Of a stretch of 64,000 bases of DNA, positions 26,751 through 40,051 are shown piece after piece. Source of the DNA: Lepidodermella squamata. Taxonomy: Eukaryota; Animalia; Gastrotricha. Made by a program: the position numbers and the translations under genes. The notes below the pieces were generated by a model that had not been told where the DNA came from, made no database searches, and saw nothing but the letters and a program-made list of their open reading frames with translations. The stretch's first letter is position 1, and each line of letters starts with the position of its first letter. Location: assembly GCA_047495785.1 (NCBI GenBank), contig JBLDXI010000025.1:868001-932000 (forward strand), in the 5' to 3' direction.

Positions 26751-27547
26751 AAACGTAAAGTAAAACCTAAAGCGAGAAATGGCTGGTTTTAGCTAATGTT
26801 AAATCGTTCAAACCAGGTTTAAACCAGTGCAGCTTCCATGCTAAATCAGGTCAAACGAGTTCAATTCTCTGAAGGATATTCCTGGCAAGTTGGCGATTTT
26901 CGAGTTGCGCGAACTCCACTTTTTGGACATTCTGAAACTGGCACTTACAGAATTTCCAAATCGCCAGATGATACTGATATGTTCGCAAAATTGACGTTTT
27001 CACACTTGAAGTTCAAATTTTGACGATTTTTGACGATTCAAGGCTTTCAAATTGGTGAAAAGTGTACACTTGCGAGTCACCGTTATCGTGTTAGCGCAGA
27101 ATTGGGACCTGTGTAAATGTCTTAGAAGTGATTGGATGTATGCATAAAGTGCTCCTACAGTGAAAATGCGCAATTCGTGCACCATTGGGTCCATGTTACG
27201 CTTGAAATCAGCGTTACATTTTTTCATGCTTTTTTTTAGCCAAAATCGGACCTGGTAAAAAACTCTCTAAAGTTCTTCAAAATATCAGGTCTCTTCCAGC
27301 TTCCAGGTCTAAAAACCCAGAATAGGCCTGGACTAGGGTAATAGAAAAGCATCACTGGATCGATGCAGAGCAAATAAGGATCATTATATTTACCGCCCAA
27401 TCAAAACATTGTTAGGTTAAATTTCATGTAGTTGCCATCACGACAGAAAATGCTTTAGCTAATTGAGCACGAATAGTGGATCACGGTGCAGCGCCGTAAG
27501 CGCAATAATAGAAAATAACGCTTTAACTCCCGTTTTAATCTGTAGCG

Positions 27548-29851
27548 ATGATAAACTTATTCCTTATGCTTATAGCCGTACGCGGAGTGACAGCAGGCAA
27601 GCCATTCAAACTCGACGTTTTGCAAATGTCACCAGGCCGCTATGCTACCGCATGCCGAGCTGCTACGCAAATTGTCATCGAGGCGATTAACAATAGATCA
27701 GATATCCTGCCAGATTATGAAATCACAACTCAATGGCGGGAAGAAATAGATCCTTCTATCGGCTACTCGCCGCTTGCCAATTTCTTGGAATACACCCTCA
27801 AGTCACCAGTGAAAAATGGCACTCAAGCGCCGTTTGTTTTTGCGGGATTTTTTTCTTCTGGAGCTATCCCATTAGGACGCGTATTGCATCATTTCGATAC
27901 AGTTGCAATATGTTCTGGATGCGGCTCGTCGCTTCTCGCAAATCACGTGGCAACTCCAAACATGTACACAGTGGTGTTGACGGCGGATGTATCGGCACGC
28001 GCGTTTAACAAATTTATTAAGCAAATCGGATTATGGTCTCGCTATGGCATCCTCACATTAGTAACAAATGCTTACGATTATTCAACAGCTACGCTAACTT
28101 ATCAATATGCGAGTGACTTCAACACAAGTGTTCCCTATTTCAACGCTGTTACTGACGTCAACGACGAGGTAGTGTTTCAGTTGATGGACTACGATCTTCG
28201 AATCATATTCGTTCCGATCAGCATTGCATCAGCAGCATGGGATTTCTTATGCCTAGCTTACAAGCATGGGATGACAGGAGCTCGCTATGTTTTCATTTTA
28301 GATGGATTCAGTGCAACTCCACCCGATCTCATTCCCGATGCTGATTTATTGTATTGCGCGAAAAAGATCATTGCAGAACAATTCAAGAGCGTAATATTTG
28401 CGAGTACAAGTTCCTCAATTTCTGATCGCACAAGAAAGTCCGAGTTAAGCTTGACCATTGATCAGTTCGAAGAATATGTTACCAGAAGGAACGGTTCGAC
28501 TCGTAATCACGTTCCGTACATTTGCCACGATATCGCGATAATTGGGCTACATGCGCTTCATGAGACCGAAGTAAAATTAAAACAGAAGTACAACTTGACC
28601 TTGCGAAATTTCGAAACTCACAGTAAACTCATCGGAAAGCTGATGAACGAATCAGTATTGCACATCAACATATCTGGGCTGAGAAGTCAGCAAGGATTCA
28701 GCAAGGATGGAAATTTCGACCACGATAGGGTCACTTTCATGCGCTGGAATGGAAGCGAATTCGTGACAAACTACTACGCTGAAACAAAAAAAGGTGAAAT
28801 TCACATCGTAAAATATATGCTCGATTGGGAAAATTGGTTCGGACCGAAACCACGAGATCGTGCTCTTACTTTGAGCGTGGTCAACAAAATACCAGCAGCG
28901 ATAGCCATTTCAATCATAGCATCGATTTCGGCTGTTTCGCTATCAGAAATGTTGACAATCATTTGGGCAATTCGAATAGCCGATCAAAATGCATTAGGCC
29001 CCGCTAAGCAACTAAAACTCTTTGGAATCACGTGTTGTCTCGGGTTAAACGTGTTTCCCATCACGTCGTTAATTGAAACCACCCTAGTAGTCCAAGTGGC
29101 TCGAATTCTCATGTTCGGGGGCTTTGTTTCACTTATCAACGGCATAATATGTTTCAGGGCGATTCGATTATTCATAGCTGAGGTGGAGAAACTGCGCTTG
29201 ATTAGGCCTCCTAAGTTGAGAGGACTAAGACAAAACATATCGCGGCTGAAATCACGTGATCAAATTCAAGGCATCAAAAATCAGCTGAGAGACTTGGAGG
29301 ACGGCTGTTTCAGGCCAGTAGCAATACAGAGTCTCGCCTTTTGCGGAATATGCCTGGCAATTGTGATAATTTGGCTAATCACCGATTCGTTCAAATGCGA
29401 CTTCAGGACAGACGCTTATCATCAGAGGTATGACCCAGTTTCTGACACCCGTTACGATGTACGGAGCTTTGAATGCGGAGTAGCTCACGGCGCTGAACTT
29501 TTCCTAGTTTTCCTGGCTTTGCAATTCGCGCTGATCTTTGCTGCTGCGTTCCACGCATGTCGGCTTAAAACAGTGCTCATTCGCTTCCGGGTCCGAGCAA
29601 CGTGCCGAGAGCATTACGCAATTGTGATCGCCCTAATCAACGCACCTACGCTCATGATCTGTACCACCGTCGTTGGCTTCACGTCATCTTCGCCGGTCAT
29701 ACATCATATTGTAGCAGCATACGGCGCCCTCGTTTTCTCAGCGTCAAACTTCGTGATTTGGGTGCTAAGGAATTTGATCAACCGGGTGTCCATAAGAAGG
29801 CGTTCCGATGGAGGGAACCGTCAAATTGCTTTGATTTCTTTCAGGCAATAA
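27548..29851 (+). CDS. Intronless class C GPCR, divergent GABA-B-receptor-like (signal peptide, Venus flytrap domain, 7TM), 767 aa
   Basis: 'IEAINNRSDILPDYEI' and 'FLCLAYKHGMTGARYVFIL' are ANF/VFT motifs. About seven hydrophobic segments follow ~aa 450. No cysteine-rich domain. Confidence 0.85.
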   Translation: MINLFLMLIAVRGVTAGKPFKLDVLQMSPGRYATACRAATQIVIEAINNRSDILPDYEITTQWREEIDPSIGYSPLANFLEYTLKSPVKNGTQAPFVFAGFFSSGAIPLGRVLHHFDTVAICSGCGSSLLANHVATPNMYTVVLTADVSARAFNKFIKQIGLWSRYGILTLVTNAYDYSTATLTYQYASDFNTSVPYFNAVTDVNDEVVFQLMDYDLRIIFVPISIASAAWDFLCLAYKHGMTGARYVFILDGFSATPPDLIPDADLLYCAKKIIAEQFKSVIFASTSSSISDRTRKSELSLTIDQFEEYVTRRNGSTRNHVPYICHDIAIIGLHALHETEVKLKQKYNLTLRNFETHSKLIGKLMNESVLHINISGLRSQQGFSKDGNFDHDRVTFMRWNGSEFVTNYYAETKKGEIHIVKYMLDWENWFGPKPRDRALTLSVVNKIPAAIAISIIASISAVSLSEMLTIIWAIRIADQNALGPAKQLKLFGITCCLGLNVFPITSLIETTLVVQVARILMFGGFVSLINGIICFRAIRLFIAEVEKLRLIRPPKLRGLRQNISRLKSRDQIQGIKNQLRDLEDGCFRPVAIQSLAFCGICLAIVIIWLITDSFKCDFRTDAYHQRYDPVSDTRYDVRSFECGVAHGAELFLVFLALQFALIFAAAFHACRLKTVLIRFRVRATCREHYAIVIALINAPTLMICTTVVGFTSSSPVIHHIVAAYGALVFSASNFVIWVLRNLINRVSIRRRSDGGNRQIALISFRQ

Positions 29852-30344
29852 TTTCATACGCAAAGATGATTATATAATTACACTGATGCCAGAATTACAG
29901 AGGCATCAGTGTTGTAGGAAAACTCTATGCCATTATCCTCCAAAGAAAATTGAGAGCATTAATTGGGTCAAAAATTTATTAAGGGCACCAGGGACTGAAT
30001 TTACTTCCGACAATTCATCCCCGTGTGCCCGTGTGCAGCTTCTGTCTCTCGTGTATCCCGTATCCTGCGCCGCACAGCTGATCAACCCGCCGTCGCCGCT
30101 AGACAGTAACTTTTGTCCGTGTGTCTGTGTGTACTACCATACTGTCTGCAATGCGTGCTGTTTCCATTTTTTCCCTCTCTTTCCCCTGTATAGATAATAT
30201 TGTTGGCGTACGTTTTTACTGTTACTGTTAGACAACTCACTGCTATGTCCCGCTGGTTTAACCTTCGGGTTGCGGCGTTGTGTATTTTTCGTTTTTATGT
30301 CAATAAACAATTCCATTATTGAGAAAATTATATTCTTTAAGAAG

Positions 30345-30524
30345 GGACTCCACCTAGTCTTCATCGATCTCGAAAAAGCCTATGATCTGGTGGACAGAGA
30401 AAATGTATGGGCCGCCTTCCAAAATATGGGAATAGAACCCAGCATTATTGATGATATTCAAAGTTCATATAAACTAAATAAAGTTGCTGTTAGCGTCGAT
30501 TCTGAGCTCTCAGATTTCTGTTAA
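30345..30524 (+). mobile_element. Non-LTR retrotransposon (RTE-like) reverse transcriptase fragment
   Basis: 'LHLVFIDLEKAYDLVDRENVWAAFQNMGI' RT motif. Confidence 0.8.
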
Positions 30525-31959
30525 TTTTGTTGTAAACGAGTTTTTCATTGCGAGAGGAGCTTAAGCATATAAATTTTATTGAAATATTTGAAAATTCGTC
30601 CTATTTCAGCTGTTACATCCGCGGTTTAGGGCACCAGTTGTTTACACATGCAGCGGGCGGTAGCTAAAAGGGCGCACGGTGTAGTCGCCTCGTAATTAGC
30701 TGATTTAGCCATAAGTATGCCGGCGAGTGCGGTTTTCAAATCGGATTAGCACGCGGTGACAAGTGTACTAGTCAAGTGTCAAGGGTCTAGTCAAGGAGCG
30801 CAAGTCATGAGCGCACATGAGTGCACCGTGGCCCCATATAAAATGAGGCCAATAAGGTGGACTACTAGCGCTTTGATAAAAATCTTAATAGCCGTCGCTT
30901 ATCCCGTGTTTGCTAATTTACGGCGTTGTTGGGCCCACCTTTATTGTTTTAATGCGTGTAACTTCGGCTCTTCGGATTCGGACACTTCGGGCGGCCCATC
31001 CGAAGCGCGCCGGTCCGAAGTCTATTGTTCTCGCACTTCGTCCGAAGTTGTGCGCCTTTATAAATGACGATCTCGTTCTTCGGACGCGCGCGCGCCCAAC
31101 TTCGGTGCGTATTACGCAACTTCGGCCGTCCGAAGTAGTTTATAAATCCAGCATAACACTGAGCTATGGTTTGTACGGATTTATATCATAACGCTGAGGA
31201 ATAGCGGAAAAATAAAAACATGGTTAGATAGATATTAAAATTGTAGATATCAGAAAAATAAAAGCTCATCCAATGGCCTCGGTTGGGGTGGAATTTTATG
31301 CAAAAAACACATTTTCCGGAAGCAGTACCGGAAGCACACCAAGTTGCGTAACGCGCGCGCGCGTACAACAAAATTTTGTAGTGCGCGTAAAACTTTTTTA
31401 TTTTGATTTTTTCACGCGAGAAACCCATATTCATTGTCTGAATTGTCTGAAGTTTATTTTGGTATAAAAACCGCCATGAAACTCTAATGTAACCCTTTGA
31501 CATCAGCGCGCGCGGCCAAATTTCGTTAAAAATTTTGATTTTGTGTTTCGCGCACAATATGGAATACTAAGGTAGCGCACGCGCGCGCACACAAAGGACG
31601 AGCAAAAGGCGGCAACTTTCCTCAAATTAAAATCGTTAATGTTGGATATTGGCAACTACGATTTAGCGCAAGGTGTTAAAAAATTCATATATACGCCTCT
31701 TTTTTTTTTTTTTGACGTTGATTTTCAAAAATTTTAAAAGTAGCAATCTGAAATAGATGCATTACACTTTTCCCTCTTCCCGTTGGTGTCCATGAGCAGA
31801 TAGATTTCCTGTTTCTAATTTATTTGCTTTCTTTGCGGTTTTCCTATATTTTGGATGGCCGGCCCCTGCTATTGCTAGTTATCTTCAAAATTTAAATATT
31901 CTTATTGTTACTGTTATTATGTTATTGTTATATGTATGTATGTAACGTGTTATTGTTAC

Positions 31960-32928
31960 CTGAAGGGCCAGGGGCTGACAGTACTTGTTCTTCTCGGTAC
32001 TCCGGACACACCCATGTACCACAGTCTGGTAAAAAAATTTATATGATTTGCAAGCATTCCAGAAAAAACTACTGACCATGTTGAGGTGAAATTTTTGGAA
32101 TCGAAGCCAAATCGAGGCAACTGGCGCAATTTAGAGCCTATACAACAGACAAGAATTTTCCCAAAAAAAATTATCACAACAGCAACGAAGCTTACTGCTT
32201 ACTGCGAAGATGGGGCGATTTTCTGGAACTGGAAAGGTGAAGTCATTTCAGACACTTCGGAGGTCTTAGAGCAAGATATTAAATGGTACTAAATTTGAAT
32301 AGGTTGAAATATTGAAACTAGTTCAATTGTCATTTCAGACACTTAGGAGGTCTAATACAAACAGCAAGATATTAACTGCAAGTTTTATAAGTGTTAACAG
32401 ACGGTAACAACACTTGGTAGTACTTGGATTGGACCGTTGCCTGCTTTATTCTTTTCACTCATGTCTGCGCCTTTCAATAACAAGTATTCTGCAACTTGCA
32501 AGTGACCCTCTCGACACGCAATCAGGTATCCTTTCCGTCACTCAAACTGGCATTGAACTCTTCCACGAGAACCTTCGCGCATTCCAGAGATCCGGAAGCA
32601 GCAGATTGACGAAGAAGAGTCTTCCCGCCATCACCCGAGTCTTTGTGCTCGACTACCAACGGGATGCAGATCTTCTCGTTGTTCTTCTCGGCACTCCGGA
32701 CATGCTAAAGCGCCACCATTTGGCAGTGTTTTGTAAATTCTCTCCAAGCATTCCAAGCAAAACGAGTGACCACATTGAGGTAAAATTTTTGGAATCGAAG
32801 CCAGGTCGAGGCAAATGGCGCAACTTAGAGCCTGTATAACATACACAAATTTGCCTAAAAATTATCAAAAAGACGGCGAAGCTTACTGCAAAAATGGGGC
32901 GATTTTCAGGAACTAAAGGCGAAGTCAT
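31960..32928 (-). pseudogene. Two deleted RING-ANK remnants
   Basis: 'ALSCAICLDLASIPKILPQCGHSFCLECL...CPECR' fused directly to ankyrin fragments; a second partial copy lies at 31960-32250. Confidence 0.7.
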
Positions 32929-33086
32929 TCTAGCCACTTAGGTCTAATCAAAATAGCGAATGTTTAATGCAAGTATTATTAGTGTTATAATACGGTAACA
33001 ATTGGAATATTGATTCGAACAAAAATGATGAAGTAAGAAGTAAGCAAAGTGTCAATGGTACTGTTTGAAATTTGATTGCAACTAGT

Positions 33087-35484
33087 TCAGTTGTCTGTGA
33101 GTGAACGAATTCGATGACGCATTTTTTCGGGGTACTTTTCATCCATTCTATCAATCGGTCTTTGGCCTTCACAGTTCTTCTGCCGCAACAGGTCGCCAGC
33201 CTCAGGGAACCCGAGCAGATACTCCAGAATTTGCAATCTTTCAGCTTCCAACAGTACAAAATGAAACACGTTGTAACCATCGCAAGTTTTCGCCGTGATA
33301 TCAGCACCGCGACTAATCAGTAACGCAACAGTTTCAGCGGCGTTGCTGACTATAGCCATATGCAATGGCCTAAAATTGTCTGAATTCTCGACATTCACTG
33401 ATAAATCGAAATTGTTTAACAAATATTCAACACACTGGGTTCCACGGGGCTCCATGCAAGCGGAATGGAGAGCAGAATTGCCATTGAAATCAACCTTCTT
33501 TACGTTATCAGGGCATTTTTCAAGGGCAAATTTCAGCATGTCCAGAGATCCTGATTCCGCGGCACTGCTAACTAAGTCTATCTCCTCGACTGTTGTTACA
33601 TTCACATCCAAGCCGCAGTTATTGATCAGGAATTGCGCCGCTACAAGTTGACCCCGCTTGGCAGCTGTTAAAAGAGCATTGTCGCCGTATGCCTCGTCTT
33701 TCAGTACCCTGTCACCGGATATACAGAGCAAAAGTTTCATCATTTCGATTTGTCCATTAGCGACAGCTGCAAGGAATGGTGTCTTTTGGTTTTCAACGGC
33801 AACACTAGCTATTTCTTCGGGTTTTTGATTGAGGAGATATTCAACAACTTCCAGTCGTCCCTTTGCCGCAGCTTCGTGGATTGGACCGTAGCCTGCTTTA
33901 TTCTTTTCACTCATATCCGCGCCTTTCGATAGCAAGTATTCCGCAACTTTCAAGTGACCCTCTCGACACGCAATCAGAAAAGCGGTATCTTTCCCGTCAC
34001 TCAAACTGGAGATGTTGGCACTGAACTCTTCCACGAGAACCTTCACGCATTCCAGGGATCCGGACGCAGTAGATTGATGAAGCAGAGTCTTCCCACCATC
34101 GTACGAATCTTTGTGCTCAACGACCAATGAGATGCAGATTTCCGGCAGTTTCCTCAACATTGTAGACAGATTGGGGAAATCGCCATTTCTCGCAGCGGCG
34201 TGGAATTGCTCGAAATGATTACTCTGTGATGAAACATCAAAAATTGTAGTTTTTGCAATCGGCGAAATTCTTACCTTAGCCTCGTTAAGATCCGGAAGCT
34301 TGGCACAGGTCAATCGGAAAGAATCACTCAATTGTCTAGCAATTGTTTCCTTCACCTCCTGGTTGCAATGCAATTCAATGCTGGGAACATTCGACTTGCT
34401 TGCCACTTCAAGCTTAGCAATCTAAATAATGGACGAAAGATACATTATTACACTTTCTAAGGGAGCCATGAACACATAAACAAGAAAACCCAGAGACCAC
34501 TTACCGCTTTTTAATAAATCGTAGAAAAATACCTGGTTGGCCTGCTGAGCCACTGCATGGTGAACTTTCACGAAGATATCCCCCACTTCGCCAATAACGG
34601 ATTGAGAATTCGCTTTTGCCACAAGATCTTCAATTTCAAAGTTGGCTTTTGACAGAGCATCAGCATCGATTGATGGCTTCGAAAATTCGAAGTATGCTTT
34701 CTTCATTCCGTCGAGCTCTCGATGTAAAGCTTCACGACGCTGCTCGATCGCAACTATGTAAGATCCAAGTAGATCTGAGCAAAAATGGTCGATTTGGCCC
34801 TTAACCGCCGAAAGAGATTGATCGATTCTTTCTTCTGCAGCTTCAAAGTTTTTCGCTGCCGATGAAACAATTTCTTCGGAGTTATGCTTTACCTGTAACA
34901 TTTGATATTTGCAAAAGTTTGAGGAGAGGAGTGTACTTACGAAGAAGTAGCTCAAATTAAATTCTTGGCGGATGCGCTCCATGTGGACGATAAAGCAAAC
35001 CGAGCAAAATGTCTCTTGGCAATGTTTGCAGATTTTCAGGTTTTTCTTAGAAACGTGCTTGACGTGAATACAATTTTCTCCGAGTTTAGCCTCTTTTGCT
35101 GATTTCCTCTCGTTTCTAATCGCCTCAACAGCTCCTTTCACAATGTAGTTGTCTCGAAAACCTAGAAAATGGCATTAACACTTCTGTGGCATCTTGATGA
35201 TGGTATTAATTGCAACTAACCAGCCACGCCTGAAGCCGGTAATACCTGCTTTGTTCGGCATTCTGGGCAATTGAAATGAGCTCCATGTGGCTGATTTTCC
35301 ACCTGTAGCAAGCAACGCACGCAAAATGTGTGCCCACATTGAGGCAGAATCTTAGGATCTCCCGCCAGATCCAAGCAGATAGAGCAGCTAAGAGCCTGTA
35401 TAGAAAGCACCACTGCTCAAAGTCATTCATATAATCTTTAAAACTCACCGCTACGATTGCAGGCGAATCAGCTAGTGATGACAT
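33087..35484 (-). CDS. RING-Bbox-like-coiled coil-ankyrin repeat protein, subtype A, apparently intact, 691 aa; exons 35484-35449, 35395-35221, 35161-34941, 34892-34533, 34421-34275, 34223-33087
   Basis: All five GT..AG introns restore one frame. C3HC4 RING CSIC...CGHTFCVRC...CPEC; Zn motif CIH...CKHC-x4-CSVC-x3-H; coiled coil; ~9 ankyrin repeats. Confidence 0.85.
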
Positions 35485-35569
35485 TATAAAAGAAATCTAG
35501 AAGAAATATAAGAGATTTTCAATTTCAAAATTCAACACAGAACAACAAAACACAGAACAACTAATTTAT

Positions 35570-38342
35570 TCAATTCTGTTCAACTAATGACAAAAACTGG
35601 TGCTTCAAGTCATCAGGTAGACCTTGGTTCATGATTTCAATAGGAGTTTCCCCACCAGAATTCTTGACCTGCAAAAAGGCTTTTGCGCCAGGGTATTTGA
35701 GCAAAGCTTGAATCACGCCAACTGTTCCACTTTTACGAAGAGCGAAATGCATTACGTTGCAATTTGCTCCGTTCAAAATATATATTTTAGCGCCTTTACG
35801 CAACAATGACTCAACTGTAGCAACAGCGCAATTGTCGGCCGCCACATGCAACGGTGCAAAGCCATTTTTGCACTTAGTGACGTCATTGACAGCAAAAGGA
35901 TGGTTTTCGAGGAGATAAGCCACGCATTCACTGCCCAATCGGTCAACACAAGCCAAATGAAGTACAGAATAACCAAAAGCATCCGTTTTCATCAACATAT
36001 CTGGGCAGCGCTCGATTGCAAACTTCAGCATTTCCAGATTGCCTGACAATGCGGCGCAATGGATGAAATCTTCTCAATGGTCTGACTTCGCTGCGGTATC
36101 GGCCCCGCATTTTTCGATCAAATATCTGGCTGAGTCAACTTTACCCGACAAAGCGGCGTGAAGCAAAGCACAGCGGCCATATCTTTTATCTTCGACAACA
36201 CTTCTGGAAAATGCAAACAACGTCTTAGCAGCTTTGATTTGACTGTTTCCAAGTGCAGCCAGAAACGGCGTCTGATTTTCGTCATCAACTGCTGTGATCT
36301 CACCAGGCGATTTTTCTAAGATAAATTTAAGAATGTCGATATGACCGTTCCAAGCTGCTACATGAATAGCGCCTTTGCCAATTAACCCTTTTAAAGTCGA
36401 ATACAGAAGCTTTACAATGTTGAGGTGGCCTTGTCTGCAGGCGATCAAGAAAGCTGAATCACCATCGTCCAAAGTGTACTCAGTATCGGCCATTTTCTTC
36501 TCGATCAGGAGTTTCACGGTTTCGTAAGCCCCTTTTTCAGAGGCTAAACAAAGCAGATCGTAGCCACCTTCGGATTTCGCTGTAGCAAGTTCCGGTTCAA
36601 TTTCAAGCAAAAACGATAGAATTTCCGGACGAGAGATGGCGAGATGGCAAGCCGTTTCTTTTTTTGACTCGGTCCACGCTAATAGATTAGGCTTGAACTT
36701 TTTACGTATCAATCGAAGACACTCAATTGATCCAGCCTCAGCCGACTGCAGTAAAAGCGTTTTCCCACCATCTGTACAATCAGGATGATCGGCGACAAGT
36801 TTACGACACAGTGGCGGTAGTTGCGAGATCAAACTCGAGAGTTTCAAAAAGTCACCAGTTTTGGCAGCTTGGTGAAACTCTTGGTACTGGAAATCCTGAT
36901 CGAAATAGAAATTTGCTCTCAACTAGGAAAGCAAATCATTCAAATGGAGAATCTTGCAGTGATATAGGTTAGACCTTCCAAATTTAACCAAGTTAGGGAG
37001 TAAGAGATCAATTTCGCTCATGACATAAAAAGGCAATATCTTCAAGCTGGTACTTCAATCTCCACGGTTCCCAAAGCTATATTTGACGCCTCCAGGAGTA
37101 ATTTGCGAATGGAAATGAGATCATTAAAACTAAAGACAATTCATCATTCACCTTACCCTGTTACCCTGGTCAGAAACTTCTGAAGGAATCTCCAATGTCA
37201 ACTTGCAATTTTCATCGAGCAAGGTTTCGATCTTCTGCGAAACAGAGCAGTCCCAAAGAAGTGAAATTTCGGGGCTCTTCAGGTTGTTACCCGCGCAAAA
37301 TTTCGCCACCTGAAATCAGAATGTACTAAGCCCGGTAAAAGGTAGAAGAAGAAACAACTTTTTCGGACTGGTCCGACAGTGTTCTGTGAGTTCGAATGAA
37401 TAGATGCGATGGATTTTCCAGCAACGATTTTCTATTGGCCTTTGCTAACAAAGCTAAACTCTTCAGAAGGGAACCTTTCATTGCCTCAATATCAACAGTC
37501 GGATTCATGGAGCCAGCCGCTTGTTGTCGCATTTGCTTCAAGGTAGCTCTCAAATTCTTGCAATGATCCGTAATCATGGTCTGGCATTTTTCAATCAGCA
37601 GAGCTCGAAGCTTGGATTTCCCGATCTAACTGCTCAATTGTTTTGTCCAGCTCGTTTGTTCGAGACTGCGCTAGATTAGAGGACTCTTCGACAACCGATT
37701 AAAAACCTTTCTTTCAACTATTCAAGCATTTTTAGAACAATTTAATATAAATAAATAAATAAATAAATAAATTGATATAAATTTAAGGCAATTTCATACC
37801 CTAAAACCAGCCAAGGTGAACTCTTGCCGAATTCTTTCCATGTGAAGGGCAAAGCAGGAATTGCAGAGGGCTTCATTGCAATGGTCACAGTGATTCAAAT
37901 CTTTTGCGACAGTCGAAGAAGCATGAGCACAACTCTCGCCAATTCTTGCCCGCTTAGCGCTGTTATTTTCCCCTTTTATTGCGTCAACAGCTCGCTTGAT
38001 GGCGTAGCTAACGCTCAAGGCTTTTTTGGGAAAAGATAATTAAAATCTGTCGAAACTAATGGAGAAAATACTATTCAATCCATTTGAACCCAGTGCAGGT
38101 ATTGTCTGTTCTTTACGACATTCAGGGCACGTTAACGCGGCGCCTTTCGCAACCTCCTTGTGAACATCCATTAGACATTCCAGGCAGAACGTAGAATTGC
38201 GGTAAGTTTTTAGGGCTCTTCAGTAGATCAAGGCATATTGCACAGCTAAGAGCCTTCAATCGGATTATCATTAAAACAGGATATTATGAGAGGAAAAGGG
38301 AAACTCACTGCAACAATCGTCATTTTTAGAAACCGTTGCCAT
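35570..38342 (-). pseudogene. RING-Bbox-CC-ankyrin gene, subtype B, with frameshifts
   Basis: Small deletions in exons 1, 2 and 4; the ankyrin ORF is broken at ~36074/36049. Confidence 0.8.
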
Positions 38343-38540
38343 TCGAGCAAATACAACAATACCTAAAATATCCAAGTATATTAGGTTTAGATTAGGCAGT
38401 ATGATGGGTTCATGATGGGTTGGACCAAATTAAAACTGAAAAATTTCATGTTGCATGAAATACTCGAGAAGCCGTATTCGCAGCGGCAAAATAAACCCTA
38501 TAAAACGACGCGAGGTCATTACAAATATTTCAGTTCGAAT

Positions 38541-38790
38541 AATTAACAGCCTGTGAGCAAACGCAATCAATCATACACTTCTTCGGGATAATTTTCATCA
38601 ACCAAGTTGGCTTCTCTCCTATGAGATTTTTCGCCCACATCAGTTTTCCTGCTTCAAGTCGCTCAAGCATTGCTCAAGAACATGCAAAAATGCAGCGTCC
38701 AGCGTCCTGCAAAGCATAATGAACGTTGTTATCCCCAACATCTTTAGCTGTGATATCAGCCAAACGTCCAAGCAACAACGCTGCTCTTTG
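38541..38790 (-). pseudogene. 3' ankyrin remnant (subtype A)
   Basis: Degraded match to 43623-43860. Confidence 0.55.
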
Positions 38791-39229
38791 GCAGCATGGC
38801 CGGGGATGTGAACTCACGCCTGACAATGCATGGGGATTTTATTACTTAAAGGATTTTATGTCGTTTTTCTCTCATATCCTTGCTCTTTCTTTTTCCTTTG
38901 TGCAATTTTCGTTTGAGCATATAGCATAGCACCCATTCACTGAGCCCAACCGGATATTCGGGAGGAAAACAGCTTGATGACACATCGTTCTGCTGTTGAA
39001 AATAAGACAGCATGCGTGAACAAAGTGCGTGACTTTTCGATTGAAATATAATGCTGACATTACAATTTAACTATATTGTCACAAGCAGCAGGTGTAAGTT
39101 GTTTTTTACTTATACTTATTCACCACATAACAGCGCAGGGTATATGACTCCATAAGTACTACCGCTATTTCGCAGAATTTCATTATTAACATTTTCTTCT
39201 CAATAACTTGTTTCCTATCCACGATTAAA

Positions 39230-39627
39230 ATGGCTGGATCATTGCTCCCTACTTTGGCGGTTTTCATGGTGATCATTTCAGCGATCGCGGCTTTAAACAC
39301 GGGTAAGCTTTCTGATACTACTGGCTGTTAATCTTCAATGCGGAATTAAATCAATTTGTTCTTTCAGGTATTGCTGGCTTCAGGAATGCTACAAAACGGT
39401 GCGGTGAACCAAACAATTCTAACATGTTTAGCCTTTTTCCGAGCACGCTCGACGCTCAGACTTGCGCTGACAAGTGTAACAAGGTTGCGCGCTGCTTCGC
39501 TTTTGTCTTTTACCGCCAGAAACTTTTTGACTGTGGCTTTTTTTCGAGCTGCGCCAACATTACAAATTTTTCCAAGGGGGATGATATGCAGTACATCAGG
39601 ATCAAAATGTTTTTCCAAGGAGGATGA
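39230..39627 (+). CDS. Secreted PAN/apple-like protein copy 2; exons 39230-39302 and 39368-39627; C-terminus altered by a short tandem duplication
   Basis: Same signal peptide, intron and Cys pattern as 41857-42228. Confidence 0.75.
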
Positions 39628-40051
39628 TATGCAGTACATCAAGATCTAAAGTTCTGCGGAGCAGTATTTCGGCTGAGAAAAGACAACTCGGATGCCTAAG
39701 TAGCAGCGGAGCCGAATCAAAGTTGATCAATGATCAATTATCTCATCGCTTGATTGTTCTTTGGAGAGGGAAATAAAGGAAATAGAGGCTTACAAGTAAT
39801 AGCACTTCAATTCAGTTTAAACTTAGGAGTTTTGACACAGCCAGCTATTCCATTTTCTATTGATATTGTTATTGATAAGTGTATCGGAGAATTGTGCATG
39901 TGAATGCCTATCAGCTGATTTAGCAACTATGTGCGATGGGTAGTTAACTAGGCCTGCTTTGGACCATGGACTATCTAAAAGGTGCTCCTGTTACATCTTG
40001 GTTAGATCTTTCGTTAATGTAAGGTGGATGCTTTGAAGAGCACCGTCTGGA

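Larger units (their letters stand above)
8027..26800. repeat. Segmental duplication, left copy (paralogous to ~31878-52360)
   Basis: Same order of RING-ANK copies, remnants and PAN gene; the blocks differ by deletions and independent TE insertions. Confidence 0.85.

Noticed and set aside
8027-26800. Duplicate block as a simple assembly or haplotype artefact
   Set aside because: Numerous substitutions, large deletions and independent TE insertions argue for a real duplication, although read depth was not available to exclude an artefact.
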